64,000 nt of DNA, from NCBI GenBank assembly GCA_963845085.1, contig CAWJQI010000001.1:393845-457844 (forward strand), given 5' to 3'. Made by a program: the position numbers and the translations under genes. Below the pieces are notes generated by a model that saw only the letters and a program-made list of their open reading frames with translations, ran no database searches and was not told where the DNA came from. Origin of the DNA: Candidatus Fermentibacterota bacterium. Its GTDB lineage: Bacteria > Fermentibacterota > Fermentibacteria > Fermentibacterales > JCC-6. Shown here in pieces: positions 1-8,607 of this stretch; position 1 is the first letter of the stretch, and each line of letters begins with the position of its first letter.

Positions 1-401
1 GCCACGTTGCAGCGGTACGTGAGGGCGAGGTCGGCCCTGAAGGGGGCAGACGGGAGGGTGTCGGGCGTCTCCTCCACTTCGAGGACCACCCGTTCGCCCC
101 TGATCACGGCCTCGAGATCGCTGCTGAAGGCGGTGAAATCAGCCAATGCTTTCTTCCTCGAAAGGCCGTACCGTCTGGCCAGCCGTTTCGAGGCCTCCTT
201 CGCATCCAGTCCCGACAGCATCAACCAGGCGCAGTCCGCGCCTGTGGCATTCAGGCGGATGAGTGACGCCGCATTCACAACAAGCACTCCGCTTCCGTCC
301 GGTTCAACCCGGAGGTGCATTCTGGAATCGCCCCTGCGGTAATGGTGCAGCCCGGCCGGGGCAAGCCTGCCTTTTTCAACGCCGCCGAATATCCCCATCA
401 T
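1..401 (-). CDS. PqqD/RRE-domain-fused radical SAM protein, N-terminal part (runs off the window)
   Basis: Not in the ORF track. Manual translation from ATG 401 is open to base 1: MMGIFGG...MHLRVEPDGSGVLVVNAASLIRLNATGADCAWLMLSGLDAKEASKRLARRYGLSRKKALADF...SAPFRADLALTYRCNVA. LNATG...LARRY...ALADF fits a PqqD/RRE; DLALTYRCN is the typical lead-in to CxxxCxxC. ATGA overlap with the upstream stop. Confidence 0.8.
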   Translation of the reverse strand, partial: MMGIFGGVEKGRLAPAGLHHYRRGDSRMHLRVEPDGSGVLVVNAASLIRLNATGADCAWLMLSGLDAKEASKRLARRYGLSRKKALADFTAFSSDLEAVIRGERVVLEVEETPDTLPSAPFRADLALTYRCNV

Positions 402-1891
402 CTACCTCCTCCGGCGCACGCGCAGGCACAGCCGGCACAGGCGCAGGCGCATGCACACCCGCCCCCGGAATGGGACCTGCCGCTCGAGACGGGCAGAGGG
501 TTCACAACGCCCGCGACGCTCTGAGTAAGGCCGCGCACCGAGCTCGCCGCCGCGGATTCTATCCTCGAGACAAGGTTTCCGCACGCAGCGGCAACATTGA
601 TCGAACTGCCGGTGCCGGCTGACGACACGGGCCATGCCGAGGAGGGGATATAGACCGGCGATGGAAGCCTCGAGAGTCTTGCCTGCGGCTTTTCCTCGGA
701 AGCAAGGAGCCACTGGAACCTGTCCACGAACACCTCGGCCGCAGTGGTGGCGTCGGGCGCCTCCTCGAGCTGTTTCCATGCGTTCTTCATCACGCCTGTG
801 TAGTACGCAAGCGTTGTCTTGAGGTTGAAATCCTCCATGTCCTTCGCGAGCTCGCCTATCATATCCTGGAAGAAGGTTCCGAGGTTCTTCTGCGTGAGCC
901 CCTCCGCGCCTGCGACAAGCTCGAGAAGCTTCTTCTCGTACTCCCGCAACCCCCCCGGGACAACTCCCATTGGGGTGATCCTGGAGCCGGGTCCCTCACC
1001 CGTAACGGTCACGGCGCCCTTGCGGATAAGGCTCCAGACGATGAGCATCAGCACCCTGTCCAGGGGCTTTTCCATGAGCAGGGCGGCCATGGGGACCGTG
1101 AGCCCCCTTCTCACACCCTGCCCCCCCACCCGGATTTTGGGTGGCAGGTACTGCCTCGATCGCCGCCGGGAACTCCTGATCCCGAAGAAAAGCGGCAGGA
1201 AAACGAAGAGAAGCAGGATCAAAAAGACAGATATCGGAGCGCAGCAATCCGTGTTGAAGAACGTCCCCCCCGACGGCCTCTCAAGGAGGGAACCGGCGAC
1301 AAGTCCGGCCGGGAACCCTATACCGACCTCGAAGGCCCGGTCAAGCCTGACCGACCTTTCCCATCGGTAGACGACCCTTCCCTTGTCCACCCATGCACTG
1401 TCGAACGGCGCCTCGTGATACCGCACGCTGTCGGGATTGCTGCCCTCTGGAAACACCAGTTCGAGGACAAGGTCCGTGTCACCTGTAAGAAGTGATCCGT
1501 CGAACCAGGTCGGAGAGAAGTGGAATGATGCCCAGCCCAACTGGTCGTCGTCTTTGTAGATCCCCCCCCTGCAGATCCCCCGAAACTCGAGAACGCCGGA
1601 ACCGCCGGGCGGGATGGCCGGGCTGATGGGTATCTCCACCCCGTTGTCGATGTACGAGGAAATGGATACGGTACAAGGGTTTCCGTTCAGGTCAGCCCAC
1701 ATGTCAACCGCGCTCCAGTCCTGGGTGGGCAGGCCGATGTCGACGACGTCGATCGGGTCGGCCCCGGGATTGCAGCTGAACCCGATCCGGTAGAACAGGG
1801 TGATGGTCTGGTCCTGATTGACCGCGGCCCTGCAGTACATCTCGGGTACGGAAAAGCTGTAGGAGGCCAGCAGCGCAAGCAGCACTACCAT
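398..1891 (-). CDS. DUF2207-like single-pass membrane protein with C-terminal Cys-Ala repeat tail
   Basis: Hydrophobic N-terminus, beta-rich ectodomain, TM segment (ISVFLILLLFVFLPLFFGI) followed by RSSRRRSR, helical domain, then the tail SGGGCACACACAGCACACAGGGR. Confidence 0.75.
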   Translation of the reverse strand: MVVLLALLASYSFSVPEMYCRAAVNQDQTITLFYRIGFSCNPGADPIDVVDIGLPTQDWSAVDMWADLNGNPCTVSISSYIDNGVEIPISPAIPPGGSGVLEFRGICRGGIYKDDDQLGWASFHFSPTWFDGSLLTGDTDLVLELVFPEGSNPDSVRYHEAPFDSAWVDKGRVVYRWERSVRLDRAFEVGIGFPAGLVAGSLLERPSGGTFFNTDCCAPISVFLILLLFVFLPLFFGIRSSRRRSRQYLPPKIRVGGQGVRRGLTVPMAALLMEKPLDRVLMLIVWSLIRKGAVTVTGEGPGSRITPMGVVPGGLREYEKKLLELVAGAEGLTQKNLGTFFQDMIGELAKDMEDFNLKTTLAYYTGVMKNAWKQLEEAPDATTAAEVFVDRFQWLLASEEKPQARLSRLPSPVYIPSSAWPVSSAGTGSSINVAAACGNLVSRIESAAASSVRGLTQSVAGVVNPLPVSSGRSHSGGGCACACACAGCACACAGGGR

Positions 1892-2238
1892 TTGGGAGCC
1901 TCCTCGAGCTGATAGGTGCTTCCGCAGAACGGGCAGACCACCATCGCGGTGCCCCCGATCTCCCTGAGGGCTTCAGCGGAGAGCGTTCCCCCGCAGGAGC
2001 GACATTTCAGGCTCTCCATCGAAACATCACCGGAGAGGTCGAGCTCCCGCCGCTCGACAATCCGGTGGACCTGTTTCCTGAACCCCAGGAACAAAAGAAC
2101 AGCGCCTGCCGCAAGCATGACAACACCGTTTATGATTGTTCCGGTGGCGTGGTTGTACGACCCGCCAATGAGAAAAAGGATCCCGAGGCCGATCAGGCAA
2201 AGCCCTGCCAGCACGATGACAACCTTTATTATCTTCAT
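1885..2238 (-). CDS. Two-TM membrane protein with C-terminal zinc ribbon
   Basis: MKIIKVVIVL start, two hydrophobic helices, CRSC...CPFC; stop overlaps the next start. Confidence 0.75.
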   Translation of the reverse strand: MKIIKVVIVLAGLCLIGLGILFLIGGSYNHATGTIINGVVMLAAGAVLLFLGFRKQVHRIVERRELDLSGDVSMESLKCRSCGGTLSAEALREIGGTAMVVCPFCGSTYQLEEAPKW

Positions 2239-2300
2239 ACCTTCTGTTCCCCCTGGAGCGCATGCGCCGTGAGTTTTTCCTAACCGAAAACCGGGAGGCA

Positions 2301-2813
2301 ATGGTGAAACATTACAATGAAATAGAGCCGGAGTCTATAGAGGGCAACCCTTTTGAAATGATCGGCAGGCGATGGTTCCTCGTTACCGCGGGCAACCTTG
2401 ACAGCTACAACACAATGACGGGGGGATGGGGCGCGCTGGGGCACCTCTGGGGCAGGAACGTGGCCTTTGCCTACGTTCGCCCCGTGAGGCATACTTTCAG
2501 TTTCACCGAAGGAAACCCGCTTTTCACGCTCAGTTTCTTTCCCGATTCCGAGCGGCACGCGCTGGAGTACTGCGGAAGCCACTCGGGCAGGGACGTGAAC
2601 AAGGCGAAGGAAACCGGGCTGACGCCCTTTTCACCGGCACCCGGCTCAGTCTCGTTCAGCCAGGCCAACCTGGTTCTGGTATGCCGCAAGCTCTACGCGC
2701 ACTTTCTGAAGCCCGAGGATTTCGTCGACAGCTCGGTTGACAGGGAGTGCTACCCCGCAAGGGATCACCACAGGGTCTACATTGGCGCGATCGAAAAGGT
2801 GCTCTCGAAATGA
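2301..2813 (+). CDS. Flavin reductase family protein
   Basis: WFLVTAG..NTMTGGWG.LGHLW...VRPVRHT...FTLSFF...CGSHSGRDVNK; GGAGG before ATG 2301. Confidence 0.9.
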   Translation: MVKHYNEIEPESIEGNPFEMIGRRWFLVTAGNLDSYNTMTGGWGALGHLWGRNVAFAYVRPVRHTFSFTEGNPLFTLSFFPDSERHALEYCGSHSGRDVNKAKETGLTPFSPAPGSVSFSQANLVLVCRKLYAHFLKPEDFVDSSVDRECYPARDHHRVYIGAIEKVLSK

Positions 2814-3331
2814 CCCCGGTGATCCGGCACCTGTTCGAGAAGCCCGAGCTCACGGGAACCGTTGCCGGCTGGATCTACCGGGAGTTCTGGCAGGGACGCG
2901 GCGGCTACGACCTGGCAACACTGGAAAAACTGCTCGGAGACGCCGTTGACCCCGACCTCATCCCCCTCTCCCTCCTGGCGGAGAAGGATGGCGTACCCGT
3001 CGGGACGGTGAACCTCATCGGTCACGACCACTCAAAACGCCCCGAACTGACGCCATGGCTCGCGGCCCTCTTCGTCGTGAGAGAGTTCAGGGGAATGGGA
3101 ATCGGGAGCGCCCTTGTTGAAAGGCTGCTCTCCGAAGCCGGAAGGCTCGGCGTGGAAAGGCTCTATCTGGGCGCGGACAACCCCGGGTTCTACACCAGGC
3201 TCGGGGCGGTTCCGCATGAAATAGTTGACGGGCTTGCCATAATGAGGTTCGAGCTCCCGCAGCATCATCGGACAGCCGCGGGCATGAGGCGGATCAGAAC
3301 AGCTGTCGAGTCCGGAGGGGCATCCCGTTAA
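2810..3331 (+). CDS. GNAT family N-acetyltransferase
   Basis: PWLAALFVVREFRGMGIGSALV motif A; FYTRLG. Confidence 0.88.
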   Translation: MTPVIRHLFEKPELTGTVAGWIYREFWQGRGGYDLATLEKLLGDAVDPDLIPLSLLAEKDGVPVGTVNLIGHDHSKRPELTPWLAALFVVREFRGMGIGSALVERLLSEAGRLGVERLYLGADNPGFYTRLGAVPHEIVDGLAIMRFELPQHHRTAAGMRRIRTAVESGGASR

Positions 3332-3357
3332 CGTTCAGAGATCCGGCAACGCTCAGT

Positions 3358-5070
3358 TCAGCGAAGAAGAATGAATCTTGCCGAGGCTGTTCCCGAGGGG
3401 CAGCAGAGTCGCGCAAGGTAAACACCGTTGCGGTTCGAACCGTCCGGGACCCATGTCACGCTCCCGTCCGAACCCGCGGGGAGTTCACCTACCTGCCTTC
3501 CCGTGACATCAAAGACAAAAACCGTGCCGCCGGAACCGGCAGGGACCACGAAACCGGCATCCACCTGACACGGGTTCGCAACCGGCCGCAGGAAAACGTT
3601 CGGGGGCTGCACGGGATCAACACTTTCAGAGCCCCCGGATCCGGTGAAGATGCCGGTGTTCCTCGCATCAACGCCCCGCATCGGCCAGTCCGCACCGTCC
3701 GCCACTCCCAGAGTGTTCCAGGCGTAGGCAACACCGTTCCAGGTCACGGCCACCAGCTCAAAAAGCCCGTCGCCGTCTATGTCCCCGGCCGCGACACCCG
3801 AGATCGACGGGGCGGACATGGTCTTGGGGTAGCCCACTGTCGCCGCGCCTTCACCGGAAAGCGCGTAGAGCATCCCCCCCTCGGTGACGAAGACCACATC
3901 CTGCAGACCGTCCCCATCAACATCGACAACCGTTGGAAAACCCTTCGGCCAGTCGGGCACGGGCACCGGCCAGCCCGGCAGCGGTGCGCCTGTGGCAAGG
4001 TTTACAGCGAACGCCCTGTAGTCGCTGACCAGATGGTTGTCCAGGGCGATGAGCTCCGGAAGCTGGTCACCGGTGACATCACCCAGCCCCAGGTAGAAAA
4101 GCTGGCTCTGGCTTGCAAGCTCGATGGGAAACCCGTCGACCGGGCTTCCATCGTGGTGGCGGGCCTGGACAACAGACGAAGTGCCCGCATTGTGGCCGAT
4201 GATCACCTCGAGGTCACCGTCGCCATCGAGATCGGCCAGCAGCGGGGGGCCGAAGGTTGAATACCCGCCCGGGGTGATCAGTGAAACCGGGTAGCCGCTC
4301 CCGGGTTCGCCGTCGGGACCGAAAGCGAACAGCCGGTACGTTCCGTCGAGAAGTGTGACGGCCAGAAAACCATCCTGCCCGTCACCCTCAAGATCGCCGA
4401 AATACAGGCAGAGGATCTGCTCGTCCGGGTCGAGGTCCGTTGTAAAAAGGATGCCGCCCTCGTGGTCGAACCCGGAAATGCGGTAGTAGTCGCCGGTGTT
4501 GCCGAGAGTGTGGGCGCTCCATGCCTCAAGATCGCCGTCGTTGTCAGCATCGCCGAGGACAAAGGGAGATGCCAGTGCATTCGAGAACTCATCGGGTGCC
4601 TCCTGCGGAAATGCTCCGAGGTTGCCTCCGTCCGGCATTCTGCCGTTGAAGCTCCACATGTATGCGCTTCCCGCGTACCAGTCGCGTTCCGACCACAGAA
4701 CGGCTCGATCTCCGCCGCCCGTGAGGTCTGCGCATGAGGGACCCGGCATCTGATCGTTGGTGCCGTAACCCATGTAGACCATTTCGGTGACAGGCCAACC
4801 CGGCAGGAACGACCCGTCGCCGGCGAGTCCGAATGTGTGACCGCCCGTGAAGAACACTTCGTCCGCGCCGTCGCCGTCGATGTCGAACACCGTCGGGGTG
4901 TACGGGTAACCGCCCCCCGGTGTGCCAAGGTTGACCGGCCAACCCTCGCAGAGGTCCGGGTCGAGCAGGAAGGCGGTCGGGGAACCGTCGGCAAAGGGAG
5001 TGAACGGGGTTCCGGGGGAGGGAAGGGCCAGCGGCATCAAGGCGATGAGAAACATGTGGATCATTGCCAT
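3358..5070 (-). CDS. FG-GAP/VCBS repeat protein with C-terminal T9SS-A/FlgD-Ig-like domain
   Basis: Repeated DxDGDG motifs with GWPV/GFPI spacers; C-terminus NP...VFDVTGRQV...GVYLARL...FILLR. Confidence 0.8.
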   Translation of the reverse strand: MAMIHMFLIALMPLALPSPGTPFTPFADGSPTAFLLDPDLCEGWPVNLGTPGGGYPYTPTVFDIDGDGADEVFFTGGHTFGLAGDGSFLPGWPVTEMVYMGYGTNDQMPGPSCADLTGGGDRAVLWSERDWYAGSAYMWSFNGRMPDGGNLGAFPQEAPDEFSNALASPFVLGDADNDGDLEAWSAHTLGNTGDYYRISGFDHEGGILFTTDLDPDEQILCLYFGDLEGDGQDGFLAVTLLDGTYRLFAFGPDGEPGSGYPVSLITPGGYSTFGPPLLADLDGDGDLEVIIGHNAGTSSVVQARHHDGSPVDGFPIELASQSQLFYLGLGDVTGDQLPELIALDNHLVSDYRAFAVNLATGAPLPGWPVPVPDWPKGFPTVVDVDGDGLQDVVFVTEGGMLYALSGEGAATVGYPKTMSAPSISGVAAGDIDGDGLFELVAVTWNGVAYAWNTLGVADGADWPMRGVDARNTGIFTGSGGSESVDPVQPPNVFLRPVANPCQVDAGFVVPAGSGGTVFVFDVTGRQVGELPAGSDGSVTWVPDGSNRNGVYLARLCCPSGTASARFILLR

Positions 5071-5137
5071 CTCCCTTGTTTGCTGGAACGCAACATGGCA
5101 CGTATTCAAAAGTCTTGCTTGAAATTACGGCAGTTAT

Positions 5138-5692
5138 CTAATCTTCCTTAGTCCGTCCCCATTCGTCACGGAGGATGGAGAAGAAAAGGCGGTCGAGCCA
5201 GAGCCCGTCGCGGTGGCTGTGGCTGCGCATGGTGCCCTCGTACACGAAGCCGAGGCTTCGGAGCGTCCGTTCTGACGCTGTGTTGGCGGAGAGGCATGTG
5301 GCGCTTATCCGGTGCATGCCCAGCTCGTCCATTCCGAAGTTGACGAGCAGCCTTGTGGTCTCCCGGGCGATACCCCTGCCCTGGAATTCGCGGGCCAGGA
5401 AGCAGCCGAGCCTGCCGTCACCGCCGTTGCGCCCCCTCCCCCTCCAGTGGATGCTCCCGCAGCCGGCCACCCGGCCATCCCCGTCGTTGACGATGGCAAG
5501 CCGGTAGCGGGAACGGACCGGCTTCTGCCTGTCCCTGATGCAATCCGAGAGGTAGATAAGGCTTTCCTCGATCGTGTCGGCCCCCCAGCTGAGGAATTTC
5601 ATGACCTCATGGTCGCCGTGCCAGGCATGGACCGCAGAAAGGTCTTCGGGAACGTGTTCCCTGAGCGTGATTCCCCTTCCGTGGAGAAGCAT
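5138..5692 (-). CDS. RimJ/RimL-type GNAT acetyltransferase
   Basis: FQGRGIARE...MHRISATC...NTASERTLRSLGFVYEG...SILRDEW. Confidence 0.9.
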   Translation of the reverse strand: MLLHGRGITLREHVPEDLSAVHAWHGDHEVMKFLSWGADTIEESLIYLSDCIRDRQKPVRSRYRLAIVNDGDGRVAGCGSIHWRGRGRNGGDGRLGCFLAREFQGRGIARETTRLLVNFGMDELGMHRISATCLSANTASERTLRSLGFVYEGTMRSHSHRDGLWLDRLFFSILRDEWGRTKED

Positions 5693-5693
5693 C

Positions 5694-6452
5694 TCAGTCT
5701 TCTCCGCCGAGGGTGTACGAAGGGGGCATGACCGGTTCGTACATCACGTGGGGCGGCACCGGGTAGAGCGGACCCTGCTTGGCGAGGGCTTCGATGTTCA
5801 CGGCCATCGTGTCGCGGACGGTGTGCCAGGGCGCGGCAAAGACAAGCTCGTGGTTCTGCGTCCCGCCGAACCTCCTGTCACCCGCACATGGGAACCCGAT
5901 CACGGGCCTGTCCTCACCGAGAACGAAGCCTATCGCGCTGCACACCGCTGCCTCGGCCACCGTGTCGGCTGAAACCTTCATGCCGTTGTTCCACAGCGTG
6001 CTGTGCACGAGCCTCATCACCTGGGCCGGGTTGGTGTAGAAAAGCACGACCTGAGGTTCGAAGGCGGCGTCTCCCAGCGGGGCGATCTCAATGGCGTCGT
6101 ATTTCTTGCCGCCGTCGCCCAGCTTGTACGTGTTCTCGAAGAACACCCTTCCCGCCCCGGCGTCGCATGTGTACTTGCCCACGGCGGCTTCACCCGTGAC
6201 AAAGGCCTGCGTGGTAGCGACAAGACCCGTGCACGAGGCACCGATCGCGCATACCATGCGGTCCGGCACGCCCGCTGCCGACCTCCCGCCGTGCCTTGCC
6301 ATGCTGATGAGCTGGCAGATGTTCAGCTTCATGGGAAAGGGCTTTCTTCCAAGCGCTTCCCGGCTGGCATGAAGGGTCACCGCAACTGGGCGTGTTTCAA
6401 GCTTCAGATGCCTTGTGAATATCTCTTCCGCTTCCCTGACATTCATCTCCAC
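5694..6452 (-). CDS. DUF169 family protein
   Basis: LKLETRPVAV, CQLISMAR, CAIGA, PAQVMRLV, GFPCAGDR. Confidence 0.8.
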   Translation of the reverse strand: MEMNVREAEEIFTRHLKLETRPVAVTLHASREALGRKPFPMKLNICQLISMARHGGRSAAGVPDRMVCAIGASCTGLVATTQAFVTGEAAVGKYTCDAGAGRVFFENTYKLGDGGKKYDAIEIAPLGDAAFEPQVVLFYTNPAQVMRLVHSTLWNNGMKVSADTVAEAAVCSAIGFVLGEDRPVIGFPCAGDRRFGGTQNHELVFAAPWHTVRDTMAVNIEALAKQGPLYPVPPHVMYEPVMPPSYTLGGED

Positions 6453-6529
6453 ACTCCCTTAGAAATGACGGGACTGTCCCGGAATGGCGGAAACATACAA
6501 CACCCGTTCGTATCCGGTATATTGGCGGC

Positions 6530-7006
6530 ATGAACTGGAACCTGATACTCACAAGCGAGCGGCACCTGCATCCTGAAATGGATGAGACCGACGCTCTTAA
6601 GCTGTTCTATCAGGCTCTCCGCGGGGGGGATCACCTCATGGCTGATCTCGACAACTTCCGCACCGAGCTCTCAAGGGAGTGGGACGGGTTGCCCCAGAGC
6701 ATCGCTCCCATGCCTCCGCTGATCCAGGTCATCAGCCCCCTGGGCGACATGGCCAGGTTCCACCTGGTGCCCGCAAAGAAGCGCGGGATATCCCTCAGGG
6801 CAGTCTCCGAGCTTCTCCTCGCGGGAGGGCTCGCGGCCACCCCGGAAAACGTGGTGCAGGATGCCCTGCCCGACTTTCTCCGGGCCGCCAGGGAACAGGG
6901 CTTCGACAAGGAGAGGATCCGGAAGGCGTTCCAGGGGGAGTACCATCATTCAACGGGCTACGGGTTCGCCGCCTACAGGGTCATCAGCCTTCGAAGTAGC
7001 TCGTAA
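6530..7006 (+). CDS. Hypothetical protein
   Basis: 158-aa ORF filling the gap (DALKLFYQ...G.DHL; HHS.GY...YRVI). Confidence 0.6.
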   Translation: MNWNLILTSERHLHPEMDETDALKLFYQALRGGDHLMADLDNFRTELSREWDGLPQSIAPMPPLIQVISPLGDMARFHLVPAKKRGISLRAVSELLLAGGLAATPENVVQDALPDFLRAAREQGFDKERIRKAFQGEYHHSTGYGFAAYRVISLRSSS

Positions 7007-7709
7007 CCTCTCCGGGCGACGTTCCCGTCGCGGAGAAGAAAAGGTCTCTCAGTTCCTGAAGGGTTACGCTTGAGCTCGCAAGCATGCTCATGATCCTGCC
7101 CTGATGGATTATTCCGAGGTTGTCGCAGTTGCCGTGAACCTCCGACAGCGTGTGGGTGGAGATGAGCACCCCCGCCCCGGCTGCCGCGGCGGCATGGATC
7201 ATGCGCCAGAAGGTTTCCGCCGACGGCGGGTCGAGGCCGACCAGGGGCTCGTCTATCACGTACAGCCTGGGCCTTGCGGCGAATGCAGAACTGAGCACTA
7301 CCCTCTGGATCATGCCGTGGCTGTACGAACCCGTCCTCTGGTCGAGCCAGCCGTCCATCTCGAAGAGGGATGTGCAGAAGGCGATGCGCTTTTCGAGCTC
7401 ACCCTGCGGAATCCCCCTCAGCTTCCCCGCGAATGCAAGGTATTCCCTTCCGGTCAGCCGTTTCCACATGACGGGCTCGTCCGGCACGTAGGCGATGAGT
7501 TCCCTCATGCGTTCCACCGGTTGCCCGTCGATCGTGATGCTGCCCGAGTCGGGCGCCACGAGCCCGGCGATCATCTTCAGCGTGGTCGACTTCCCTGCGC
7601 CGTTGGGCCCGAGAAGCCCCACAATCGAACCTTCGGGCACCGTGAGACTCAGGCGGTCGACAGCCTTTTTCCCGCCGAAGCTGCGGCTCACTTCCTCAAG
7701 AACCAGCAA
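6984..7709 (-). CDS. ABC transporter ATP-binding protein
   Basis: Walker A GPNGAGKST, signature YSHGM, Walker B VIDEP, H-loop STH; TTG start after GGGGAG. Confidence 0.92.
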   Translation of the reverse strand: MLVLEEVSRSFGGKKAVDRLSLTVPEGSIVGLLGPNGAGKSTTLKMIAGLVAPDSGSITIDGQPVERMRELIAYVPDEPVMWKRLTGREYLAFAGKLRGIPQGELEKRIAFCTSLFEMDGWLDQRTGSYSHGMIQRVVLSSAFAARPRLYVIDEPLVGLDPPSAETFWRMIHAAAAAGAGVLISTHTLSEVHGNCDNLGIIHQGRIMSMLASSSVTLQELRDLFFSATGTSPGEVTSYFEG

Positions 7710-8607
7710 TCTGCTCCCCCGGACGGCCAACCATGGCCTCGGTGAATGCCTCCGCATCGAAGGCCGACATGTCGTCGCCGCCCTCGCCGGTCCCTATGTA
7801 CCGGATCGGTATGCCAAGTTCATGGGCCATCGCGAACACTGCGCCGCCCTTTGCCGTGCCGTCGAGCTTGGTGACAACGAGGCCGTTCACGGGCACCGCG
7901 CCTGCAAAGCCGTCCGCCTGGAGAAGCGCGTTCTGCCCCACCGAGCCGTCGAGGACGAGAAGCACGTCGTGCGGGGCGCCCTCCATTGCCTTGCCTATCA
8001 CGCGGTGGATCTTTGAAAGCTCGTCGAGAAGGCCCTTCCTGTTGGGCAGCCTTCCGGCGGTATCGATGAAAACGCGGTCGAAGCCGCGCGACCTGGCGCT
8101 CGCGACCGCATCGAAGGCCACTGCCCCGGGATCGGTGCCCTCGGGCCTCGTGATCACGGGGATGTCGAGGCGGCCGCCCCAGAGGGCGAGCTGCTCACCA
8201 GCGGCGGCACGGAAGGTGTCGGCGCAGGCCATGACCGTTTTGAACCCCATGGCCTTGTGCATCGCGGAAAGCCTTGCAACCGTTGTCGTCTTGCCCGATC
8301 CGTTGACGCCCACGAGCATGGCAACCCTGGGGCGGGGATCAAGGCCATCCTCCTCCCGCCCGGGCAGCATGGAAACGAGCATCTCCGAGAGCCCCTCGCG
8401 AAAGCCCATTCCTCTCCGGGAGCAGAGGGCCGGAAGTTCCGACACGATCTTCTCCGTTAGCTTCCAGCCGAGGTCAGCCTCGATAAGGGCCTGCTCCAGC
8501 TGCTCCATGTCTCCCGGCGCGGGCGCGCCGCCGCCGAAAAGCGCGGCGAGCTTTCCGGAAAGGGCTTCCCTGCTCTTTCTCAGCTTTTCCCTGAGGTTCA
8601 ATGTCAC
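7696..8607 (-). CDS. ftsY: SRP receptor FtsY
   Basis: GVNGSGKTTT, DTFRAAA, DTAGR, TKLDGTAKGG, GTGE. Confidence 0.97.
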   Translation of the reverse strand: MTLNLREKLRKSREALSGKLAALFGGGAPAPGDMEQLEQALIEADLGWKLTEKIVSELPALCSRRGMGFREGLSEMLVSMLPGREEDGLDPRPRVAMLVGVNGSGKTTTVARLSAMHKAMGFKTVMACADTFRAAAGEQLALWGGRLDIPVITRPEGTDPGAVAFDAVASARSRGFDRVFIDTAGRLPNRKGLLDELSKIHRVIGKAMEGAPHDVLLVLDGSVGQNALLQADGFAGAVPVNGLVVTKLDGTAKGGAVFAMAHELGIPIRYIGTGEGGDDMSAFDAEAFTEAMVGRPGEQIAGS

